Shown piece by piece: positions 38,851-47,735 of a stretch of DNA of 64,000 bases (positions are counted from its first letter, which is position 1; every line of letters begins with the position of its first letter). The notes beneath the pieces were generated by a model. That model was not told the DNA's origin, did not search any database, and saw only the letters and a list, made by a program, of their open reading frames with translations. This DNA comes from Bacteroidales bacterium (lineage in GTDB: Bacteria; Bacteroidota; Bacteroidia; Bacteroidales; VadinHA17). Made by a program: the position numbers and the translations under genes. The stretch lies in the NCBI GenBank assembly GCA_021157415.1, contig JAGGWN010000094.1:33892-97891 (forward strand), written 5' to 3'.

Positions 38851-39070
38851 GGGGCAAAGGTAAAGATTTTACACGACCCGGTCCAGAGGAGAGCAACTCA
38901 CCCCTCCTTTGTATGTCCCCTGAAGGATTGTCCGCCTTTTGGCGGCATGAACTTTCCGGACATGAAGTACCGGAAACCACAGGTGTTTAGGGTGAACCTG
39001 GTTGATATTATAAATGATGTTTGATTTTCGATGAAAAATAATTAAAGAAAACCTCATCTCCCATACGTTG

Positions 39071-40915
39071 TTATCCGATATTCCCTGCTCGAAGGTCATC
39101 TTCCTCCTTGTCTTTCCTACGTAGCTCCCTACGTAGAACCTTCGCTTTTGCCTTGCCGATTACTGCTTCCAGCGCCCCGGGATTTTGTGCCTTGATACGG
39201 GCCACCGAACCAAAGTGTTCCAGCAGTTTTTTGGTTGTTTTCGGTCCGATTCCGGGAATTCCGTCCATTTCGCTCCTCAACAGGTCTTGCGACCGTTTCT
39301 TCCGGTGAAAGGTGATGCCAAAGCGATGTGCTTCGTCACGCAATTGCTGAATAATCTTCAGCGACTCAGAATTTTTATCCAGATACAGCGGGACGGGATC
39401 ATGTGGGAAATAAATCTCTTCGAGCCGTTTGGCAATGCCTATCAGTACGATTTTCTTTTCCAGACCTAATTTTGCCAGGCTTTTCAGCGCCGCATTCAAC
39501 TGTCCTTTTCCTCCGTCAATTACCACCAGTTGCGGCAGCTCTTTTCCTTTTTCGATCAGTCGTTTATAGCGTCTGTTTACCACTTCCTCCATGGAAGCAT
39601 AATCGTCGGGACCCCTGACGGTTTTGATGTTGAAGTGCCGGTAATCCTTTTTACTGGGCCGTGCATCCCTGAATACCACGCAGGATGCCACCGGATGGGT
39701 ACCCTGCAGGTTTGAATTGTCAAAACATTCTATGTGGCGCGGCAGCTCCTGCAGTCGGAGATCTTTCCGTAGCTGCTCCAGCCGCCGTTCTGTACTGTGT
39801 TTTTTCAGAAAACGTTCTTCCCTTTTTTCTTTCTCCAACACATAATATTTTGCATTGCGTTCGGAAAGCTCCAGCAACTTTTTCTTATCTCCCCGTAAAG
39901 GGACGGTCCATTTGGTGCCGGCCACTTTTTCCCCGGGCCGGAAAGCCACAATCGTTTCCAAGGAGTTACTTGAAAATCTTTGTCGTATGTCGCTGACGAT
40001 CAAAGGGAGAATGTCTTCTTTCCTTTCTCCCAGAACTTTTTTCACTTCAATCGTATGAGACTGTACTACAGCACCGTTCACAATCTTTAGAAAATTAATT
40101 ACAGCAAATTTTTCCCGGTCGATCACGGAAAAAACATCCGCCTCACGGATTTTGGGTGTCACCACTACAGAACGGGCACGGTATTTTTCGAGGACCTCAA
40201 GTTTTTCTTTGATCACCTGTGCTTTTTCAAACAAAAGATTACGGGCATACTCCTCCATTAAACTTTTAAGGTGTAGGGTCACCTCACGAATATGCCCTTT
40301 CAGGATCATCCGTACACTCTGAATATCCCGACTATATTCTTCTTCCGTCTGTTTTCCCACACACGGAGCCATACATTTTCCCAGGTGATATTCCAGGCAT
40401 TCCTTATATTTTCCGGCAGCAATATTTTCAGGATTCAGGTTCAATTTACAGGTACGTAACGGATAGAGTTGTCGAATCAGGTCAAGGAGCGTATGTACCA
40501 TCCGTACCGAGGTATAGGGACCAAAATATTCGGATCTGTCCCGCACCACATTGCGTGTCATGAAAACGCGTGGAAAATGTTCGTTTTTGATGACAATCCA
40601 GGGATAACTTTTGTCGTCTTTCAGGAGAATATTGTAGCGAGGCTGATATTTTTTTATAAGATTGTTCTCAAGCAACAAGGCATCCGATTCGCTTTCCACC
40701 ACTACGTGGTCAATATTGGCAATGCGTCCGACCAGCACACGGGTTTTCCCCTCCACCCTTCCGGAAAAGTAACTGCTCACCCGTTTACGCAGGTTTTTAG
40801 CTTTACCTACATATATTACTTTATCCTCTTTATCAAGAAAAAGGTACACCCCCGGAGTGCCGGGCAGCGCCTGCACCTGTTCAGACAGCGAAGTATGAGA
40901 AGATTCCGGTTGCAT
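39071..40915 (-). CDS. uvrC: Excinuclease ABC subunit C
   Basis: 614 aa. GIY-YIG N-terminus (GVYLFLDKEDKVIYVGKAKNLRKRVSSYF), UVR domain, endonuclease domain, and C-terminal (HhH)2 (IPGIGPKTTKKLLEHFGSVARIK). Confidence 0.95.
   Translation of the reverse strand: MQPESSHTSLSEQVQALPGTPGVYLFLDKEDKVIYVGKAKNLRKRVSSYFSGRVEGKTRVLVGRIANIDHVVVESESDALLLENNLIKKYQPRYNILLKDDKSYPWIVIKNEHFPRVFMTRNVVRDRSEYFGPYTSVRMVHTLLDLIRQLYPLRTCKLNLNPENIAAGKYKECLEYHLGKCMAPCVGKQTEEEYSRDIQSVRMILKGHIREVTLHLKSLMEEYARNLLFEKAQVIKEKLEVLEKYRARSVVVTPKIREADVFSVIDREKFAVINFLKIVNGAVVQSHTIEVKKVLGERKEDILPLIVSDIRQRFSSNSLETIVAFRPGEKVAGTKWTVPLRGDKKKLLELSERNAKYYVLEKEKREERFLKKHSTERRLEQLRKDLRLQELPRHIECFDNSNLQGTHPVASCVVFRDARPSKKDYRHFNIKTVRGPDDYASMEEVVNRRYKRLIEKGKELPQLVVIDGGKGQLNAALKSLAKLGLEKKIVLIGIAKRLEEIYFPHDPVPLYLDKNSESLKIIQQLRDEAHRFGITFHRKKRSQDLLRSEMDGIPGIGPKTTKKLLEHFGSVARIKAQNPGALEAVIGKAKAKVLRRELRRKDKEEDDLRAGNIG
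39126..39146 (-). repeat. Second copy of the CTACGTAGG-N3-CTACGTAGG hairpin element, inside the uvrC 3' coding end
   Basis: The plus strand reads CCTACGTAG CTC CCTACGTAG, so the minus strand reads CTACGTAGG GAG CTACGTAGG. It encodes LRRELRR within the uvrC C-terminal tail. The 12-nt periodicity and orientation relative to the host gene match 16674-16697. Confidence 0.8.
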
Positions 40916-41054
40916 AAAGACAAAGTTAAGGAGAAATATTCAGAGTCTGCGACTCCGGGTTATAGGATCAGGAATGTCCGGTACAAAATATTTTTGGTAT
41001 ATGAGCATGGAAGACGGTATCTGTAAGAGACAGGCTCCTTTTTCCCATAAAACG

Positions 41055-42680
41055 CTACACAAACAAATCTGTAAATCCGAACTTCCGGACATCAAAGAGG
41101 CCGCGGTCTCCGATCTTCAGTTCCGGAATCACCAGCAGAGCCATGAAGGAAAGGGTCATGAAAGGAGCCCGTAAAGAGGTTCCGGTAAGCTTTGCTATAT
41201 TATTGATATCCTGATATTTCTTTACAACGATACCTCCCTCCTCCACACTCATGAGTCCGGCCACAGGCAGAGGCAGAACCATAATGTTGTCTCCACGGGA
41301 TACGGCAATGCCTCCTTTTTCCCGGATCACACCATTCAGGGCATGAACGATCTCCCGGTCATCGGTGCCTATCGCAATCAGATTATGACTGTCATGAGCA
41401 ATACTCGATGCCAGAGCTCCGTGTTGGAGGCCGAAACCGGAAATAAAACCTACTTCCGGGGGTACCTTTTCATTATAACGGTTCATCACCACAATTTTCA
41501 GGATATCCCTTCCCGGATCAGACACTACCAGCCCATTCTTTACCAACGGCATTTCAATCTTCTCACCGGTTAGCAGGTTTCCTTCCTGTGCCATGATTAC
41601 CCGTATGTTCTTGTCCGGAATTGCTTTTACCCGTATATCTTCTTCCCGTACCGGGCTTGCGTCAAAACGATTTACCACCGGGCTTTCCATCTTTTCCGTC
41701 AGCACATGTACGCCATCAAACACCTTTTGCCCCCCCAAAAAAACCGCAAGCAATTTCCATTGTTTCAAGTTATTGCATATGATAAAGTCAGCTTCATCGC
41801 CCGGTTGAAGCAGTCCAACTCTTAATCCGTAAAACCTGACCGGGTTTACAGTGGCCACACGCAGAACGTTCCACAGATTGTAGCCCTTGTTCACCGCTCT
41901 TCGAACCATATCCAGGATATGTTTTTCAGCCAAATCGTCCGGATGCGAGTCATCGGTACAGAACATCAACTCTTCCGGATAGGTATCAATCAACGGCATC
42001 AGTGTTTCAAAATTCTTTGCAGCGCTTCCTTCACGAATCAGGATTTTCATGCCTCCGTGTATTTTTTCCTCCGCTTCGGCAAGATCCGAACACTCATGAT
42101 CGGTGGTGATCCCGGCATCTATATACTTCTTCAGTTCTTTGCCTCGGACACCGGGGGCATGACCATCTATGATCCGATGGTATTTCCGTGCCACCGCAAT
42201 TTTTTTCATCACCTCCGGATCGTCATAAATAACCCCGGGATAATTCATCATCTCTGCCAGATGCAAGTCTTCTCTTTCTTTGAACATTATTTCTATCTCT
42301 TCGGCACCCACAACCGCCCCTGATGTTTCAAAGGAGGTTGCCGGAACACAGGAGGGGATCCCAAATTTTATTTTCATCGGGGTCTTTTCCGCATCCTTCA
42401 TCATATATCTTATTCCTTCCACGCCCAAAACATTTGCAATTTCATGGGGATCCGTAACAACCCCTACTGTTCCCTGCCTGATGGCCAGTCGTGCAAACTG
42501 TTGCGGTGTGAGCATAGAACTTTCTATATGTACATGCGCATCTATGCACCCGGGCAGGATAAATTGCTCCGGTACTTTCTTTGCAGGAATGACCCTCTTT
42601 ATTCTCCCATTCCCGATCATGATTTTCCCGGGGAATATTTTCCTTTGTATTACATCCACTATTTTTCCTGATATTTCCAT
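41055..42680 (-). CDS. ade: Adenine deaminase
   Basis: The track ORF (598 aa) has a 57-codon low-plausibility N-terminal extension. The ATG at 42680 gives MEISGKIVDVIQRKIFPGKIMIGNGRIKRV...PGCIDAHVHIESSM...DPHEIANV, the typical Ade N-terminus, and a length of 541 aa. Confidence 0.85.
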   Translation of the reverse strand: MEISGKIVDVIQRKIFPGKIMIGNGRIKRVIPAKKVPEQFILPGCIDAHVHIESSMLTPQQFARLAIRQGTVGVVTDPHEIANVLGVEGIRYMMKDAEKTPMKIKFGIPSCVPATSFETSGAVVGAEEIEIMFKEREDLHLAEMMNYPGVIYDDPEVMKKIAVARKYHRIIDGHAPGVRGKELKKYIDAGITTDHECSDLAEAEEKIHGGMKILIREGSAAKNFETLMPLIDTYPEELMFCTDDSHPDDLAEKHILDMVRRAVNKGYNLWNVLRVATVNPVRFYGLRVGLLQPGDEADFIICNNLKQWKLLAVFLGGQKVFDGVHVLTEKMESPVVNRFDASPVREEDIRVKAIPDKNIRVIMAQEGNLLTGEKIEMPLVKNGLVVSDPGRDILKIVVMNRYNEKVPPEVGFISGFGLQHGALASSIAHDSHNLIAIGTDDREIVHALNGVIREKGGIAVSRGDNIMVLPLPVAGLMSVEEGGIVVKKYQDINNIAKLTGTSLRAPFMTLSFMALLVIPELKIGDRGLFDVRKFGFTDLFV

Positions 42681-43122
42681 GATGAAATTATTTAATCCCT
42701 CAAAACTATTCAATTCAACTCTATTTCCTACCCTAAGGTGCCCATGGGGAACGATTCGGGATCTTACAACAAGTTTTCCCTGCTGATATTTCTCAAATCC
42801 TATAGTATATTTTCTATTTTCTCTTCCTCCCCATTTTTTCCCGCTCCTCACTTTTATCTATTATTTTGTTGCCTACCCCAGTTGAATAATCATCCTGGAA
42901 GGCAAAGATATATAGTTGAAGGAGCCATCTCTTGCGCTTTGTGGTCCCAGCAGCCTTGCAAGCATTGTCTTGAGGCCAGGAAAAGAAAGAAAGAAACGTA
43001 AATCAACAATAGATCATTTCCAAACAAATTTTACAAATTATTATTTTTTGGAAACAGACTTCCTGCCCAGACACCATTCCCTTCCTAATGGTGGAGTAAG
43101 CGGGATTGTTCCACGTGGAACA

Positions 43123-44997
43123 TTAGCGACCCATATGTATTAGTAAAACACTAACATCCGCTGGGGAAACTCCACTTATTCTTGAAGCTTCAGCAATCGT
43201 ACCTGGCCTAATTTTATCCAGTTTTTGACGTGCTTCCGTAGATAGAGATTTCATCTTTGTATAATCTATATTGTCTCTAAGCTTAATGTTTTCAAGCCTT
43301 TTGAGTTTATCTGCCATCAACTTTTCCCGGTTGATATATCCTCCATATTTAATGGCAATTTCAACAGCCCTGATTAATTCCTCCCGGTATGCAGTTTCTT
43401 CTTCTTCAATTCTATCTTTAATTGTATCAATATATTCTAATATATCTTTTAAAGTAATTTGCGGTCTTAACAATACATCCTTTAACTTGACCTTCTGTCG
43501 CAGTACCGAGGTTCCTTTGATCCTCATTAAATCATTAATCTGATCCGGGGCAACACTATATTCCTCAATAGTTTTTAATATTTCATCTCTTTTTTCATAC
43601 TTTTCCACCATCCTTTTGTATCGTTCTTCACTGGCAAGTCCAAGCTTATATCCTATTTCCGTAAGTCTGTAGTCTGCGTTGTCCTGACGCAGTAACATTC
43701 TGTATTCAGCCCGTGAAGTGAACATCCGGTAAGGCTCATTAACCCCTTTCAGGATCAGGTCGTCGATCAAGACCCCCGTATAGGCTTCGTCTCTCTTCAA
43801 CACAAACGGATCTCTATTTTTAATCTTCAGAGCAGCATTAATCCCTGCCATGATACCCTGTGCAGCCGCTTCTTCGTATCCGGTTGTTCCGTTTATCTGT
43901 CCTGCAAAATAAAGATCTTTAATGATTTTTGTTTCCAATGTGTGCGACAACTGAGTGGGATCAAAATAATCGTATTCTATGGCATACCCCGGTCTGAATA
44001 TTTTCACCTTTTCCAATCCCGGAATTTCTCTCATGGCATCCCATTGCGTCTTCCAGGGTAATGATGAAGAAAAACCATTCAGATAATATTCATACGTATA
44101 TTCTCCTTCAGGTTCAAGAAATAACTGGTGTTGGTCCTTTTCTTCAAACCTAACGATCTTATCCTCAATGCTGGGGCAATACCGTGGACCAACACTCTGT
44201 ATGGTCCCGTTAAACAATGGCGATTTGTCCAGACTTTGGGCCAACACCTGGTGTACCACCTTATTTGTATAAACGATGTAACAGCTTCTGCGTTTAAGCC
44301 TTCTTCCTTTCACCGGCATGAATGAAAACTGTCCCCCTTCAGGATCTTCTTTTTGTTCGACAAACTTTGAAAAATCAATGGTTCTTCCATCTAGACGTGC
44401 CGGTGTTCCCGTTTTCATTCGTCCCACCCTGAACCCCAATTCCTTCATCTGCTCGCTAAGTCCGGTGGAATGTGGTTCGGATATCCTTCCTCCTTCAGCC
44501 CTTTTACTACCGATATGTATCAATCCGTTCATGAATGTCCCGGTTGTCAGGATCACTTCTTTTCCATATACTGTTACTCCCATTTTTGTTTCAACTCCAA
44601 CTGCTTTCTCTCCCTGAATTAAAACCTTCACCACACTGTCTTGCCAGAAATCCAGTTTTACGATATTTTCCAATTCTTCCCTCCAGTATATACTGAACTT
44701 CAACCTATCGCACTGTGCCCTCGGGCTCCACATGGCCGGGCCCTTTGATTTATTGAGCATTCTGAATTGTATAGAGCTGCGATCTGTAACAATGCCCGAA
44801 TATCCCCCCAATGCATCAATTTCACGAACAATCTGTCCTTTTGCAATCCCCCCCATAGCAGGGTTGCAGGACATCTGTGCAATCTTAGTCATATCCATAG
44901 TGATCAGGAGTGTTCTGACTCCCATATTTGCAGCTGCCGCAGCGGCTTCACTTCCAGCATGGCCTGCACCCACTACAATAACATCATATTTCTCCAT
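43123..44997 (-). CDS. mnmG: tRNA uridine 5-carboxymethylaminomethyl modification enzyme MnmG (GidA)
   Basis: 624 aa. MEKYDVIVVGAGHAGSEAAAAAANMG...MSCNPAMGGIAKGQIVREIDALGG...GPRYCPSIEDK... Confidence 0.95.
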   Translation of the reverse strand: MEKYDVIVVGAGHAGSEAAAAAANMGVRTLLITMDMTKIAQMSCNPAMGGIAKGQIVREIDALGGYSGIVTDRSSIQFRMLNKSKGPAMWSPRAQCDRLKFSIYWREELENIVKLDFWQDSVVKVLIQGEKAVGVETKMGVTVYGKEVILTTGTFMNGLIHIGSKRAEGGRISEPHSTGLSEQMKELGFRVGRMKTGTPARLDGRTIDFSKFVEQKEDPEGGQFSFMPVKGRRLKRRSCYIVYTNKVVHQVLAQSLDKSPLFNGTIQSVGPRYCPSIEDKIVRFEEKDQHQLFLEPEGEYTYEYYLNGFSSSLPWKTQWDAMREIPGLEKVKIFRPGYAIEYDYFDPTQLSHTLETKIIKDLYFAGQINGTTGYEEAAAQGIMAGINAALKIKNRDPFVLKRDEAYTGVLIDDLILKGVNEPYRMFTSRAEYRMLLRQDNADYRLTEIGYKLGLASEERYKRMVEKYEKRDEILKTIEEYSVAPDQINDLMRIKGTSVLRQKVKLKDVLLRPQITLKDILEYIDTIKDRIEEEETAYREELIRAVEIAIKYGGYINREKLMADKLKRLENIKLRDNIDYTKMKSLSTEARQKLDKIRPGTIAEASRISGVSPADVSVLLIHMGR

Positions 44998-45001
44998 GCC
45001 C

Positions 45002-45436
45002 TTACTCCTTCTTCATTATCTTCTCCATCAAACGAAGGTATAGGTCTTCCAATTTTCTCATCTTGTCCCTTTCCTTCTCTGTGTCATCATCATATCCACA
45101 AAGGTGCAACACGCCGTGTATCATAACTCTTTGTATCTCCCTTTCTTTTGAAACTCCGTATTTCGCTGCATTGTCTTCCACACGATCCACACTTATCAGA
45201 ATATCCCCGTTTATTATCTTTCCCTCTTTGTAATCAAACGAAATCACATCGGTATACCAGTCATGATTCAGATATTTCACATTTGCTTGGTAAACCTTTT
45301 CATCCGTTTCGAATACAAAATTAATATCCCCTACAACAAAATGCTCACCAACAACGGATTCTTTTATCCATTGCTTTAACTTTTTTTTATCCTTAATGTG
45401 AAAAGAGGGGGCTTTTTCGTGGAAATATACAGCCAC
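45002..45436 (-). CDS. ybeY: rRNA maturation RNase YbeY
   Basis: 144 aa. TDVISFDY... and HGVLHLCGYDD zinc motif. Confidence 0.9.
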   Translation of the reverse strand: MAVYFHEKAPSFHIKDKKKLKQWIKESVVGEHFVVGDINFVFETDEKVYQANVKYLNHDWYTDVISFDYKEGKIINGDILISVDRVEDNAAKYGVSKEREIQRVMIHGVLHLCGYDDDTEKERDKMRKLEDLYLRLMEKIMKKE

Positions 45437-45441
45437 TTTTC

Positions 45442-45864
45442 CTAGAGTTTGAAAGTTAATTCCACATCCGAGCCTTTTTTACGGAATTTTATATTGTCGC
45501 TAAGTTGTCTCATGAGAAACACACCTCTTCCGTGAATATTTTCAATATTTTCAGGGGCGGTAGGATCCGGGATGTTATCATACTCAAAACCTTCTCCTTC
45601 ATCCCTGACACGTACTTTAACTTTTTTCAGGTCCGTTGATATCCAAATATCTATTTTTTTATTTTTATCTGATTTATTACCATGTATAATAGCATTATTT
45701 ACAGCTTCTACGGTAGCAACAAGGATCTTCCCATATAAATCCGATTCAATTTTATGTTCTTCCGATAATTGATCGATCAGATTTTCAACAATTCTCAAAT
45801 TCTCAGGATCCGAATTTATCTGAAGGCTTTTTTGCATAATTCCTCTTTGTTCTCCGTAGAACAT
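45442..45864 (-). CDS. RsbW/SpoIIAB-like anti-sigma regulatory ATPase (HATPase_c_2), no partner nearby
   Basis: 140 aa. N-box EAVNNAIIHGN, G1 DEGEGF, G2 HGRGVFLM. The start may be the ATG at 45837. Confidence 0.7.
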   Translation of the reverse strand: MFYGEQRGIMQKSLQINSDPENLRIVENLIDQLSEEHKIESDLYGKILVATVEAVNNAIIHGNKSDKNKKIDIWISTDLKKVKVRVRDEGEGFEYDNIPDPTAPENIENIHGRGVFLMRQLSDNIKFRKKGSDVELTFKL

Positions 45865-45910
45865 TTATACTACAGTTTCGGGTTATTTGTTACATAATAA
45901 TTGCATTTTT

Positions 45911-47104
45911 TTATTTACTTTTTGCCAACCATAACTCCGGATTCATTTTCTGCGTTCCCCTCCATATTTCAAAATGCAATATCGTCTCCTGATTTTCAGC
46001 ATCAGTAAATACAATTCCGATTTTATCCTTAGCCTTTACCTTTTGTCCAACCCTAACTCTTACTCTATACACATTTTGGTAAACCGTATAGTAATTTCCG
46101 TGCTTTATGATGACCGTTTCATTTGCGCCCGGTATAGCAACAATTTTTCTTACTTCTCCTGTAAACACAGAACGCGCATACGCATTTTTTTCTGTCATAA
46201 TGTCGATGCCGTCATTTTTTACCGTAACATTTTTTAAAACCGGATGTCTATGCGATCCATAGGCCTCTACAATAACGCCTTTTGCCGTAGGCCATGGAAG
46301 CTTCCCTTTGTTTGCATCAAATTTGCCACCTATTAATTTTTCCTCAGGCGTCAGGATCATTCCTTTGTTCTTCTTTCGCTCCTCTTCCATCATTTTTTTC
46401 ATTGTGCTCACAAGCTTGTTCCGGATCCTTTCTTTATTTCTTAACTCTTTTTTTAACGCTCTTTCCTTCTTTTGCAGAGAAATAACATATTTATTCTTTA
46501 ATACTTTTTCATTTCTGTATCTTACTTCCTCCTTTTGCAATCTCTCCCGTGCCTGCAATTTTATCCTTCTGTTTTCTTCCAATTCATTATTTTCCTTTTT
46601 CAGCTCTTCCTCGGCATTTTTAAGTTCATTAAATATTTTATGGCTATATTCTAAATATTGCTGAAAATATTTTAACCTTTTGTAAGCCTGATTTACACTT
46701 TTCGAAGTGATGATATATGCCAGGACGTTCCCCTGACTTTTATAAACCGTATAATATTTTTTTACAATTTCAGCATATTCGTCTTTTAAGAGATCAATTC
46801 TCTTTTGGATAGAATCCAACTTTTGTTCATTTGCTTCAATATTTTTATCAATGATTGCAATTTCTGTATTATACTCTTCGATCAATTGCTTTCTTTTACT
46901 GATTTGTCGATTCAATAAATAAAGCTGGTTGATTGTTCTAACCCTCTTCTTTTTTGTAAGGTTAAGCGCTTCACTGGTTTCTTTAATCGTCCTGTTGAGT
47001 TCATCCTGCCTTTTCCTGAGATCCTGCAGCGATTTTTGTCCCATCCCTGTTATGGAGAGTAGAAGCAAAAAGCAGAAAACCAATATGTTTTTATACAATA
47101 TCAT
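45911..47104 (-). CDS. EnvC-like murein hydrolase activator (coiled coil + degenerate LytM/M23 domain)
   Basis: 397 aa. Signal/anchor, a ~230-aa Lys/Glu-rich coiled coil, then a C-terminal LytM domain. In that domain the metal ligands are not conserved: NDGIDI instead of HxxxD, ILHFE instead of HxH. Confidence 0.75.
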   Translation of the reverse strand: MILYKNILVFCFLLLLSITGMGQKSLQDLRKRQDELNRTIKETSEALNLTKKKRVRTINQLYLLNRQISKRKQLIEEYNTEIAIIDKNIEANEQKLDSIQKRIDLLKDEYAEIVKKYYTVYKSQGNVLAYIITSKSVNQAYKRLKYFQQYLEYSHKIFNELKNAEEELKKENNELEENRRIKLQARERLQKEEVRYRNEKVLKNKYVISLQKKERALKKELRNKERIRNKLVSTMKKMMEEERKKNKGMILTPEEKLIGGKFDANKGKLPWPTAKGVIVEAYGSHRHPVLKNVTVKNDGIDIMTEKNAYARSVFTGEVRKIVAIPGANETVIIKHGNYYTVYQNVYRVRVRVGQKVKAKDKIGIVFTDAENQETILHFEIWRGTQKMNPELWLAKSK

Positions 47105-47735
47105 GGATCCTTCTCACCTTTTTGTATTTTCCCTGATATTTTATTAAAGCCACCGGAACATATTGGTCCGTCACAATGTTTTCCGCCGTTCCATAAATAC
47201 AATATCTCTGCCTTTCAATTTGTATATTTACTTTAAATTTCTCCGGCACAAACTTTTTCCTGCTTTGCTTGTTGAATTTCAAAATCTCAATTCGCGCGAT
47301 TCCTTTTATTTCTTTTAATATAATCTCTCTATTCGTTATTGTATATTCCTTCTGCAACAATATGGTACCCAATTTTCTTAGCTCATTGTCAGAAGCAAGC
47401 CTGTTCTCACCATTTCCTGTTAATTTAGTCACCATATATTTTTTACTGATTCTGTTGAAAAGGAACATAGAGTCCCTAAAAATGTAAAGCCTTCCCCCTT
47501 CTATACCTGTATTATTCCTAATAATGATAACCATAACCGAATCTTCGATATACCGTATATCCAGTTTCCCTAATTTCTGACCATTGTTACAGCTATATAA
47601 CCCTGTCTTTTTTATCCATAACGTAGATTTCTCCCCGGATACTGTAACCGTTTGTGTCTTTCTAAATATCGAACAACTTTGCAGTACAGCAGTATTCAGA
47701 AGAATCAGGATCAATAATTTACAATATTTTTTCAC
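47091..47735 (-). CDS. DUF4292-like (LolB-like) lipoprotein
   Basis: 214 aa. Lipobox AVLQSC. Conserved Bacteroidetes position between a TPR protein and the M23/EnvC-like gene. Confidence 0.5.
   Translation of the reverse strand: MKKYCKLLILILLNTAVLQSCSIFRKTQTVTVSGEKSTLWIKKTGLYSCNNGQKLGKLDIRYIEDSVMVIIIRNNTGIEGGRLYIFRDSMFLFNRISKKYMVTKLTGNGENRLASDNELRKLGTILLQKEYTITNREIILKEIKGIARIEILKFNKQSRKKFVPEKFKVNIQIERQRYCIYGTAENIVTDQYVPVALIKYQGKYKKVRRIHDIV

Noticed and set aside
38518-39024. A 168-aa plus-strand ORF in the uvrC / PCMD-gene spacer.
   Set aside because: Its composition (His/Ile/Phe/Arg-rich, e.g. NIHIRNIRIGIQQHIFFHDLH) looks like antisense noise. The overlapping 87-aa minus-strand ORF is co-oriented with all neighbours and looks more protein-like, though that ORF is itself only weakly supported.
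38869-39070. A possible SRP (4.5S) RNA, because of GTCCGGAAAG flanked by hairpins on the minus strand.
   Set aside because: The conserved helix-8 context (GGUCCGGAAGGAAGCAGCC, symmetric loop, long closing helix) is not reproduced. Only a 4-5-bp stem can be drawn.
42681-42851. A 57-codon N-terminal extension of the adenine deaminase ORF (the track gives 598 aa).
   Set aside because: The extension (MRSGKKWGGRENRKYTIGFEKYQQGKLVV...) has no counterpart in Ade proteins. The ATG at 42680 gives the canonical MEISGKIVDV... N-terminus and the usual length of about 540 aa.
43107-43122. A 16-bp perfect palindrome TGTTCCACGTGGAACA abutting the mnmG stop codon.
   Set aside because: It is real in the sequence, but a perfect 16-bp palindrome is expected about once by chance in 64 kb (64000/4^8). 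It has no loop or T-run to act as a terminator and no second copy was seen. I note it only as a possible binding site.
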